64,000 nt of DNA, from IMG/VR virus record IMGVR_UViG_3300011386_000023; one strand, given 5' to 3'. Shown here piece by piece: positions 56,452-64,000 of this stretch. The notes below the pieces were generated by a model, which did no database searches, was not told the DNA's origin, and saw only the letters and a list, made by a program, of their open reading frames with translations. The translations under genes were made by a program, and so were the position numbers. This DNA is from an uncultured virus (IMG/VR IMGVR_UViG_3300011386_000023). Its lineage: Duplodnaviria; Heunggongvirae; Uroviricota; Caudoviricetes. How positions within the stretch are numbered: position 1 is the stretch's first letter; every line of letters begins with the position of its first letter.

Positions 56452-57336
56452 ATGAGTAATGAAGTAGTTACTGAAGTTGAAATTCAAAATCATACAAAGG
56501 CTGTTGCAGGTTTAGCAACGCAACTTGGTTATGAAGGAGCCTTAACTGTAGGTGCATTGGAAGATGAAATTCGCTTTTTCCAACAACGTACTGTTGAAGC
56601 TGTTATGGAGCTTGGCAAACGCTTATTAATTTTAAAAGAAATCACCCCTCATGGTGAATTTAATAAGCGTGTTGAGATGTTGAATTTCACCCCACGTATG
56701 GCACAAAAATTCATGTCAGCAGTATTGAAATTCTCAAAAACGAATTCGAGTTCGCTTTTGCAGAAAGCTGGAAATCAAACAAAATTGCTTGAGCTTGTAA
56801 CATTGGATGACGATGAAATACAAGTCATCGAACAAGGTGGAAGCATTGGAGAGCTTTCATTAGATAGCATTGAAACCATGTCGGCACGCGAATTAAAAGA
56901 CGAACTTCGCAAAATTAAAGCTGATAAGGAAGCTGCTGACTTACTTCTTCAAAAGAAAGACCTAAAGATTAATGAATTAGACGCAAAGCTCACCAAGCTT
57001 CAGAGTCCAGTTCAAATCAAAAAGCGTGCTGAATCTGAAGAGCAACTCATTGCTGCAAAGGCTTTAGAAGAAGCCACCAGCGCATGTTTAACAATGCACA
57101 ACGACACAGTGCGCTTCAAGAACACTATCAACTCTGTTTTAGACACCATCAATGAGCATGGCCTTTACAACATCCAAGAGCAACTAGAAGCCCTCGTTAT
57201 CAGCGCATTTCAACAGATTGCCCAAACTAGTGTTGAATTTGGAATCCAAATTGATTTTGAAACGATGGTAAACCCAGCATGGTTACCTGCGGATCAAGAC
57301 GCTGCTGCATTTGATGCAACAAACGTGGAGCAGTAA
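56452..57336 (+). CDS. DUF3102-like protein
   Basis: ELGKRLLILKE..PHGEF, R.AQKFM; immediately upstream of the transposase. Confidence 0.8.
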   Translation: MSNEVVTEVEIQNHTKAVAGLATQLGYEGALTVGALEDEIRFFQQRTVEAVMELGKRLLILKEITPHGEFNKRVEMLNFTPRMAQKFMSAVLKFSKTNSSSLLQKAGNQTKLLELVTLDDDEIQVIEQGGSIGELSLDSIETMSARELKDELRKIKADKEAADLLLQKKDLKINELDAKLTKLQSPVQIKKRAESEEQLIAAKALEEATSACLTMHNDTVRFKNTINSVLDTINEHGLYNIQEQLEALVISAFQQIAQTSVEFGIQIDFETMVNPAWLPADQDAAAFDATNVEQ

Positions 57337-57338
57337 TC

Positions 57339-59090
57339 ATGACAAATCCAAACTTAGCAAAACAAGATTACTTGCGCGAAATTGCAGCCAAACTTGCTGC
57401 TGCCGAGTTTGGTGGGAAAGCTGCGATTGTTAAAACTGCATGCGACTTTTTAAGTCTTAGCAAGCCACAACTTTACCGTGAACTTGAAAAAGTAGGTTTT
57501 AAATCTGAACGTAAACAGCGCTCTGATAAAGGCAAAACAGTTGTACCAACTGAAGTTGCTGAAATGGTCGGCGGTATGGTGCATGTAGCAACCCGTGCCA
57601 ATGGTAAAAAGACATTGCCGATGACTACTGCACTGGAAATGCTTATCGCTGACGGTAAAGCACCAAAAGTATCAGCAGCAACAGTTGCGCGTGTCATGAA
57701 ACAAAACATGTGCCACCCAAAACAACTGGCTACACCATCGGCACATACACAGCAAAAATCGCTACATCCAAACCACGTTTGGCAGGTTGATGCCTCTGTC
57801 TGTGTTTTGTTTTACCTGCCTAAAGGCGGTATGCAAGTGATGGATGAGAAAAAGTTCTACAAGAACAAACCTGCCAATGTGAAGAAAATCGAAAATGACC
57901 GTGTGATTCGCTATGTCATGACTGACCACTATTCAGGCTCAATTTATGTTGAGTATGTCTATGGCAGTGAAAGCTCTGAAAACTTAATTGAGATTTTCTT
58001 AAATGCAATTCAAAAGCGTTCTGCTCAAGAGCCGATGCATGGTGTTCCAAACATCCTTTACACAGACAAAGGCTGTGCAAACACCAGTGGCTTATTCAGA
58101 AATTTACTTGAGCGCCTAGATGTAACTTTTATACCCCATGCAACTGGTAATTCACAAGCAAAAGGCCAAGTTGAAAACGCTCAAAATATTGTTGAAACAC
58201 AGTTTGAAGGCCGCCTGCGTTTCATGCAGATCAACAATATCCAAGAGTTAAATGCCCAAGCTACTGCATGGCGCATGTATTGGAATGAAACAAAAATTCA
58301 TAGCCGTACTAAGCGCAGCCGTAATGCTGTTTGGCAAACCATTAAGCCTGAACAATTACGCATTGCTCCAACAATGGAATTGTGCCGTGAACTTATCAGC
58401 ACAGTACCAGTTGAAAAAACAGTTAAAGCCAATCTTACGGTTAGTCATGCCATTCAAGGCTATGGCTCACAAGACTATGACGTTCGTCATGTTGATGGGG
58501 TTTATCCGAAAGCTAAGTTGCAGATTGTAGTGAATCCATACCGTGCGCCATGCATCGATGTATTGACTAAAGATCAACACGGCAATGAGGTCATTTTCAC
58601 ATGCGAACCGATGCAAGTTGATTGGGTTGGCTTTGGAAATGATGCAGCAATCATCGGTGAAGAAATTAAGGCAATGCCTCAAAGCAAAATTGATGAAAAC
58701 CGCAAACGCATACTTAAAAAAGCTTATGACGCTGAAACTCTTGAGCAAGTTGATAAAGCAATTGCCAAGAAGAAACCAGCCTATGACGGTCAGCTCAATG
58801 CTATGGCAGACGTTGCAGCGGTTGAAGTTCCGACTTACATCAAACGAGCTGGTGAGCAAGTCACTACACCAATACAACGTCGTGAATCTGCACCTATTTC
58901 AACAGTAGAAGCTGCAAAAGAAATCCGAGGCTTAATTGGTGATCTGTGGACCACGGATCACTACAAGGCCCTCAAAAAATCTTATCCAGATGGTTTAGTC
59001 CCTGCCGATGCAGTACGTGAAATTGCTGAAGCAATAAAGGCTGAACAAGAACTTCCACTACAACGGCCACAACTTCGTGTTGTTGGTTAA
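57339..59090 (+). CDS. DDE transposase (MuA-like)
   Basis: RSDKG, HPNHVWQVDAS, DHYSG, P..LYTDKG, AKGQVE. Confidence 0.92.
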   Translation: MTNPNLAKQDYLREIAAKLAAAEFGGKAAIVKTACDFLSLSKPQLYRELEKVGFKSERKQRSDKGKTVVPTEVAEMVGGMVHVATRANGKKTLPMTTALEMLIADGKAPKVSAATVARVMKQNMCHPKQLATPSAHTQQKSLHPNHVWQVDASVCVLFYLPKGGMQVMDEKKFYKNKPANVKKIENDRVIRYVMTDHYSGSIYVEYVYGSESSENLIEIFLNAIQKRSAQEPMHGVPNILYTDKGCANTSGLFRNLLERLDVTFIPHATGNSQAKGQVENAQNIVETQFEGRLRFMQINNIQELNAQATAWRMYWNETKIHSRTKRSRNAVWQTIKPEQLRIAPTMELCRELISTVPVEKTVKANLTVSHAIQGYGSQDYDVRHVDGVYPKAKLQIVVNPYRAPCIDVLTKDQHGNEVIFTCEPMQVDWVGFGNDAAIIGEEIKAMPQSKIDENRKRILKKAYDAETLEQVDKAIAKKKPAYDGQLNAMADVAAVEVPTYIKRAGEQVTTPIQRRESAPISTVEAAKEIRGLIGDLWTTDHYKALKKSYPDGLVPADAVREIAEAIKAEQELPLQRPQLRVVG

Positions 59091-59099
59091 GGAGCAACC

Positions 59100-60377
59100 A
59101 TGAAACAAAAAGACTGCTCGACAAAACTCAAGGACCTCATTTTAGACAACGGAATTATACAAGCTGATTTAGCTCGATACGTACAGCTAAGCCCGTCATC
59201 GATCAACATCATCATCAACTGCCTTAGATGGCCGAAGAAGAATACTGATTTTGTGAAAGCCCGTTTTAGAGAGTTCTTGGTCAACGCAAAGATTAGCGAG
59301 TCAGAAATCGATGATGCATTTAACGAAATGTTTGATGCACCACCACAAAAAACACTTCTTGAAAGACTTGGCTCAGAGGCAGCTAGTGAAAGAGAACTAG
59401 ACCATGTGTATCGCGCATTAGTAGCACGACACGGAAACAAACAAATTAATGAACTTTTAAATGAGGACGAACAAGCCATGTTGCTCGCAAAACAGTCGTT
59501 GACTCAACAAGCTAAAAAACATTTTGGCTTGTTTGACAACCCTTTCACAAATGAAGTTCGTGCAGTTGAAGAACTATTCTTGAATAGCGACATCAACTAT
59601 GTGCGTCAAGCCTTATATCAGACAGCTAAACATGGCGGATTCATAGCAATCTCAGGTGAGTCAGGTTCAGGTAAATCGACTTTACGACGCGACCTTTTAG
59701 ATCGTATTCGTCGTGAAAAATTACCAATTTTGATTATCGAACCATATGTCATTGCGACTGAAGATAATGACATTCAAGGTAAGACACTTAAATCAAGCCA
59801 TATTGCTGAAGCAATTATTAATACGGTTAGTGCTGGTCAAGAGAAACCACGCATGTCTGCCGAGGCTCGTTTCCGCCAAGTACATATGATTTTAAAAAAT
59901 TCAAGTGAAGCCGGTTATAGCCATTTATTAGTGATTGAAGAAGCTCACAGCTTGCCAATCGCTACTCTTAAACAGTTAAAGCGTTTCTTTGAATTAGAGG
60001 ACGGCTACAAAAAACTAATTGGGATCGTCTTAATCGGTCAGCCAGAACTTGCAAACAAATTAAGTGAGCGCAACCCAGCGGTACGTGAAGTTGTACAGCG
60101 TTGTGAGAGTGTGACACTGGAACCTTTAACAAATACTTCATTAGTTGAGTACTTACAACACCGAGTTAAAAGCGTCGATAAAAAACTGGAGTCGATCATC
60201 ACTGAAGAAGGCATTCAAGCAGTTGTTGACCGTCTAACTCAAATCAATAGCGCTGGCAAAACCACACGCTCACTTTTATATCCACTTGCCATTGGCAACT
60301 TAATTACCAGTTCTATGAACCTCGCAGCAGAAATCGGCGAGGACGTTATCACACGCGACATCGTGATGGGGGTTTAA
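59100..60377 (+). CDS. Transposition AAA ATPase (MuB/ExeA-like) with N-terminal HTH
   Basis: GESGSGKST, LVIEEAH, LIGQPEL, EVVQRC. Confidence 0.9.
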   Translation: MKQKDCSTKLKDLILDNGIIQADLARYVQLSPSSINIIINCLRWPKKNTDFVKARFREFLVNAKISESEIDDAFNEMFDAPPQKTLLERLGSEAASERELDHVYRALVARHGNKQINELLNEDEQAMLLAKQSLTQQAKKHFGLFDNPFTNEVRAVEELFLNSDINYVRQALYQTAKHGGFIAISGESGSGKSTLRRDLLDRIRREKLPILIIEPYVIATEDNDIQGKTLKSSHIAEAIINTVSAGQEKPRMSAEARFRQVHMILKNSSEAGYSHLLVIEEAHSLPIATLKQLKRFFELEDGYKKLIGIVLIGQPELANKLSERNPAVREVVQRCESVTLEPLTNTSLVEYLQHRVKSVDKKLESIITEEGIQAVVDRLTQINSAGKTTRSLLYPLAIGNLITSSMNLAAEIGEDVITRDIVMGV

Positions 60378-60380
60378 GCC

Positions 60381-60479
60381 ATGAAATTTAATTTAAGAAA
60401 TTTACTGATTGTGAACTTTGCAGTTTGGTTTTTTGCAGTCGCTGTAGTGATGGCTGTGCTAGGAGGTTGCAATGGATAA
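60381..60479 (+). CDS. 32-aa hydrophobic peptide (not in ORF track)
   Basis: MKFNLRNLLIVNFAVWFFAVAVVMAVLGGCNG; fills an operon gap. Confidence 0.5.
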   Translation: MKFNLRNLLIVNFAVWFFAVAVVMAVLGGCNG

Positions 60480-60573
60480 GACATACCTCGCTGTCTGGAT
60501 TTGCATCACGATCATGATCGTTGCTTGTTCTGGTTTTGATGCATTAAGCAAATTTGGAGGTTGCAATGGCTGA
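60472..60573 (+). CDS. 33-aa hydrophobic peptide (not in ORF track)
   Basis: MDKTYLAVWICITIMIVACSGFDALSKFGGCNG; GGAGG RBS. Confidence 0.55.
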   Translation: MDKTYLAVWICITIMIVACSGFDALSKFGGCNG

Positions 60574-60784
60574 TTTTGCAGATGTAGCAAGCACTTTGTC
60601 TGAACAAGATTTAGACCATGCACTTGCCAACATTAAACACTTTGACCAAGTCAGTAACTATGAATGTGAAGACTGTGGTGCCGAAATTCCAGAGCGTCGT
60701 CGCGCTCTGGGCAATGTAAAGCTTTGCATTGACTGTCAAACAGCAGTTGAAAGCAAATCCAAACATTTCCGAGGTGGTCTATGA
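60566..60784 (+). CDS. TraR/DksA C4 zinc-finger protein
   Basis: MADFAD.A, CEDCGAEIPERRR...CIDCQ; GGAGG RBS. Confidence 0.9.
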   Translation: MADFADVASTLSEQDLDHALANIKHFDQVSNYECEDCGAEIPERRRALGNVKLCIDCQTAVESKSKHFRGGL

Positions 60785-61011
60785 ACATCAAACAAAAACG
60801 CGCTCATTTTCCCAAGGTTTTAGACAAATTGGTCAGTGGTGATTATGTGCTTGTACCAAAAGAATCTGCTCAGTTTTGTGCAGAAAAAACTATTGACCAT
60901 GTCCATGACAATATTCGTGAGTTTGGTGAAAACGCTGAACTTGAAGCCGAATGGAAAGCCCATGCTCATGCATTGATGGTTGCAACAGGTGACACACGCT
61001 ATGAAAACTAG
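60781..61011 (+). CDS. Hypothetical phage protein
   Basis: ATGA coupling, GAGG RBS. Confidence 0.65.
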   Translation: MNIKQKRAHFPKVLDKLVSGDYVLVPKESAQFCAEKTIDHVHDNIREFGENAELEAEWKAHAHALMVATGDTRYEN

Positions 61012-61672
61012 ATGTCCAGCATGCGGAGCAACAAACAGCCTAGATGCCCTATTAGGGCATGGTGAAGCAAGCAAAGCTTTCGTTGCTTCACTAAATCTGG
61101 TTGGTGATTTAGCTACGCCACTGGTCAAGTACTTGGGAATGTTCCGCTCTCAAAATCGTGAGCTTACTTTTGAACGCACAGCTAAGTTACTTGGCGAAAT
61201 TGCTGCGGATATTAATGCGCAGCAAATCAAACGTGGTCACCACAGTTACCCAGCTCCTAAAGCAGCATGGATCTGGGCAATCAACACAATGCTTGAGCGT
61301 CGTGACCAAGGCAAGTTGCAGTTGCCTCTGAAAAACCACGGCTATCTATATGAAGTGATCAGTTCATTCAAGCCAGAAAATGCACCAGCACCAACTGAGC
61401 GTCGAGCTGCTGTGCCACTAGAGAAAACTGAAGCTGAACGTGCAGCTGAGCAAGCTGAACATGAACGTCAAAAGCATATACGCCCAAACTTCAGCGTTAC
61501 CGAAATGCTTGGCTTCACAAAAATGAATGAGAAGCAGCCAGAACGTGGGCTGAAGAATATTCCAAAAGAACAACTTATGGCGCATGTCGTTAAACACAAG
61601 CATCCAGATGAAACTTTAGAACAGTGCTACCAACGCTTAAAAGCAGCTGAAACACAGGAGCAAACTAACTAA
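61001..61672 (+). CDS. Conserved Mu-like early protein with N-terminal CPAC
   Basis: RCPACGA..SLDAL, YLGMFR, LPLKNHGYLYEV. Confidence 0.75.
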   Translation: MKTRCPACGATNSLDALLGHGEASKAFVASLNLVGDLATPLVKYLGMFRSQNRELTFERTAKLLGEIAADINAQQIKRGHHSYPAPKAAWIWAINTMLERRDQGKLQLPLKNHGYLYEVISSFKPENAPAPTERRAAVPLEKTEAERAAEQAEHERQKHIRPNFSVTEMLGFTKMNEKQPERGLKNIPKEQLMAHVVKHKHPDETLEQCYQRLKAAETQEQTN

Positions 61673-62175
61673 TGGCACGTAAATCACTCAAAGAACCACA
61701 ACTTCAAAGTTGGGAAGCAGTTGATCAAACATTGGCACAAATGGCTGAGATCAACCGTGACATCGCACTTGAAGAAGCTGCTTGTAATGAACAGGTCGAC
61801 AAGCTCAAGGAAGCAACCAAACAACGTCTTAAACCGCTATTGGAACGAGTTAAGGCGTATGAACTTCAACTTAAAGAATTTTGTGATCACCGCAAAAATG
61901 AGTTTTTGCAAATCAAGAGTAAAAAGTTGACACACGGTTCGGTTGGCTACCGCTTATCCACCAGTGTGACTATTCCTGATCCTGTTTTTACTTGCCAGAT
62001 GCTCAAGCAATTAAAGCTTGAACACTGCATCCGTACTAAAACCGAACCTGATAAGGAGTCAATCAAACAACTCACACCCGAACTAATCGCTGAAATTGGT
62101 GCAACTCTTAAACAGCGCAACAACTTTGGCTATGAAATTGAAACAGTTGATCCAACTGCTACAGCTGCTCATTAA
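61672..62175 (+). CDS. gam: Host-nuclease inhibitor Gam family
   Basis: Coiled-coil N-terminus; KSKKLTHGSVGYR, IRTKTEPDKE. Confidence 0.85.
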   Translation: MARKSLKEPQLQSWEAVDQTLAQMAEINRDIALEEAACNEQVDKLKEATKQRLKPLLERVKAYELQLKEFCDHRKNEFLQIKSKKLTHGSVGYRLSTSVTIPDPVFTCQMLKQLKLEHCIRTKTEPDKESIKQLTPELIAEIGATLKQRNNFGYEIETVDPTATAAH

Positions 62176-62197
62176 ACCTAAAACTGAGGCTATCAAC

Positions 62198-62365
62198 ATG
62201 TACACAGTTAAAGCACTTGAACCGCAACTAAATGATGATCCGCAAGCCCTGTTTGCAATCGTCCGTGATGACGACGTTTTAGTCGGTCATTTCTACCGCC
62301 ACGAACATGCAGAAATTGCATGTGCAGCACTTAACCAAAATCAAGCAACTACTGAAGGAAATTAA
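62198..62365 (+). CDS. Hypothetical phage protein
   Basis: ATG after GAGG RBS, in operon. Confidence 0.6.
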   Translation: MYTVKALEPQLNDDPQALFAIVRDDDVLVGHFYRHEHAEIACAALNQNQATTEGN

Positions 62366-62369
62366 ACTC

Positions 62370-62657
62370 ATGAACAAATCAGAACTTATCAAACACATCG
62401 CTTCTTCTGCTTCTCTTACTCAAGCACAAGCTACAGCTGCTCTTAATGCAGTTGAAAGTGGCATCAGCAAAGCACTTGCTGCTGGGGATGACGTTGCATT
62501 AATCGGCTTTGGAACCTTTTCCGTAAAAGAACGTGCTGCGCGTACAGGCCGCAATCCTAAAACTGGCGAAGAGCTACAAATTGCTGCGGCAAAAGTACCT
62601 TCCTTCAAAGCAGGAAAAGCACTTAAAGAGGCTGTTAGTAATGGCAACAAAAATTAA
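62370..62657 (+). CDS. HU family DNA-binding protein
   Basis: [37 protein letters not shown]. Confidence 0.95.
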   Translation: MNKSELIKHIASSASLTQAQATAALNAVESGISKALAAGDDVALIGFGTFSVKERAARTGRNPKTGEELQIAAAKVPSFKAGKALKEAVSNGNKN

Positions 62658-62820
62658 GGGCTTAGACATGCTTGAAAAGAACGGTTTAAGGGTTGTCCGT
62701 AAATACAACATTTGCGGATGGTTCGAGTATCACGTTTTGAATGAGGCTGGTCAGAGAATTTCACGGCATACAGTTCAACAACGTGCGATTGATATAGCTC
62801 TGAACACGCTTCAAGCATAA
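62641..62820 (+). CDS. Hypothetical phage protein
   Basis: MATKIKGLD..; GAGG RBS. Confidence 0.6.
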   Translation: MATKIKGLDMLEKNGLRVVRKYNICGWFEYHVLNEAGQRISRHTVQQRAIDIALNTLQA

Positions 62821-62884
62821 GCGAAACACAGGCATTCGTGCCTGTGTCTGCTGGATGTCGTGGTCCAGTACTGATGAGCAGCGA
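62821..62884 (+). ncRNA. Type II hammerhead ribozyme
   Basis: GC-GAAA-CACAGGCA(TTCG)TGCCTGTG-TC-TGCTGGA(loop)TCCAGTA-CTGATGA-GC; all core nucleotides present. Confidence 0.85.
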
Positions 62885-62959
62885 GAACATAATGATCAGA
62901 ATTGAAGATTTAGAAAAGTTACCACCTGAAGTGGTTGAAAGTATTAAGGAGACAACATA

Positions 62960-63673
62960 ATGAGTATGACCCGCGAAGAAGCAATTCTAAAAATCAAAAA
63001 ATGTTTAGCATTGGCTAAATCAGCCAATGAAAATGAAGCAGCAATTGCACTACGTCAAGCGCAGTCTTTAATGCGCGAATTTCAGATTGATCCTGATCTG
63101 CTCGATATCGTTGAGGCTAGTTGCGAAAGTAAAGCAACAAAAATACCGCAAGCTTGGGAAGCAAGTTTAGTTATGACAATTGCTAGAGCTATGCAGTGCA
63201 AACCTATTTTTAGTTCTGGCAGTAGAACTTGGGGCATTAAAGCTTCATGGACATTTATTGGTGTCGATCCAGCACCAGAAGTTGCTTCCTATACTTTTGA
63301 TGTCTTATATCGCCAAGTGATTCGTTCAAGGAAAAGTTTTATTGAAAACAGTTTAAAACGTGTGACGGTTAAAAAAAATAAGGTGCGTCGTGCGGATTTA
63401 TTTTGTGAAGGTTGGGTGGATTCAGTTAAGCATTTAATAACTGACTTAGATATTGAAGTTCCAGCAAATACCAATGAACGTATTAAAAAACATATGGATA
63501 AAACTCATGGAAAGCTTGGTTCATTTACGCCCAAAGACCGCAATAAAGGCAAAGCTTTCAATGATAGAGCAGCTAATGATTATCATGCGGGTAAACAATC
63601 TGGGAAATCAGCAAAAATAAATCAAGCAATGAATGGTGGTAAACAATTTGAAAAGTTGGGAGCACCTACATGA
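62960..63673 (+). CDS. DUF2786 domain protein
   Basis: KIKKCLALAKSANENEAAIALRQAQSLM; F..GW motif; AAGGAG RBS. Confidence 0.85.
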   Translation: MSMTREEAILKIKKCLALAKSANENEAAIALRQAQSLMREFQIDPDLLDIVEASCESKATKIPQAWEASLVMTIARAMQCKPIFSSGSRTWGIKASWTFIGVDPAPEVASYTFDVLYRQVIRSRKSFIENSLKRVTVKKNKVRRADLFCEGWVDSVKHLITDLDIEVPANTNERIKKHMDKTHGKLGSFTPKDRNKGKAFNDRAANDYHAGKQSGKSAKINQAMNGGKQFEKLGAPT

Positions 63674-63957
63674 AAACAATGAGACTGTCAGATAAAGAAG
63701 CACAGTTAATTTTAGATCGTCGCGCTGAACAACACCACAAAAAGGCAACTTTTGCTTTTCAAGTCAGGTCGATTCAAGTAGCAAATGCATATTTTGAATG
63801 GGCTAAGAAGAACAGTTTTCTAGAACCTACTTTGGGAACGTTTGTTAATTCATTTTGTTATGACGGACCCGACGCCAAAGTTATGTGTGGTGCCGTACAT
63901 CAAATATGGAAACTTGTATTTTCGTTTCAAATTCCTATGGAGAAACCACAATGCTAA
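63670..63957 (+). CDS. Hypothetical phage protein
   Basis: ATGA coupling, GGAG RBS. Confidence 0.65.
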   Translation: MKTMRLSDKEAQLILDRRAEQHHKKATFAFQVRSIQVANAYFEWAKKNSFLEPTLGTFVNSFCYDGPDAKVMCGAVHQIWKLVFSFQIPMEKPQC

Positions 63958-64000
63958 TAATTGCTTATTTCCTCGTTTTCTTCATCGGTATAGGAAGCTG

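Larger units (their letters stand above)
28643..64000. mobile_element. Mu-like transposable prophage (contractile tail, B3/BcepMu-type divergent organisation); continues beyond the window
   Basis: DDE transposase + AAA ATPase, Gam, Mu gp26-gp48 homologues, central repressor; end repeats at 28643-28708. Confidence 0.93.

Noticed and set aside
1257..63474. Numerous short ORFs in the track overlapping long genes (e.g. 4065-4259, 11435-11770, 30896-31243, 54096-54488, 58467-58877, 59087-59479)
   Set aside because: Antisense or out-of-frame shadows of well-supported genes, without RBS or recognisable motifs.

Overview
This window looks like Acinetobacter DNA (inferred from gene content and AT richness) and holds two nested mobile elements. 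(1) Positions 1-~28,640 are a P4/CP4-type integrase island. It carries a candidate toxin plus XRE/ImmA-IrrE metallopeptidase pair and an extended type III restriction-modification locus (SNF2 helicase, DUF4391, HelD-like ATPase, Mod, Res, Zn-ribbon protein). It also has a DUF932-YqaJ-Gp3-like recombination module, a membrane-linked PD-(D/E)xK-like protein, a C4-type antisense RNA with both target pairs upstream of a small lipoprotein/membrane operon, AlpA and YagK/YfjJ (inovirus Gp2) genes. (2) From ~28,643 to the window end is a transposable Mu-like prophage with B3/BcepMu-type layout (central repressor, divergent early and late arms), apparently inserted into the last island gene. The standout observation is a tail sheath split into two separately translated genes, with a CotH-kinase-domain fibre-like gene, a DUF285 repeat gene and a small gene in the gap. 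Other highlights: six copies of a late-promoter palindrome, three of them coupled to RBS-sequestering hairpins; an antisense DUF1883 moron with a convergent late-controlled partner; a type II hammerhead ribozyme in the early operon; and a predicted -1 tail-chaperone frameshift. All family assignments come from motif recognition by eye, not database searches.
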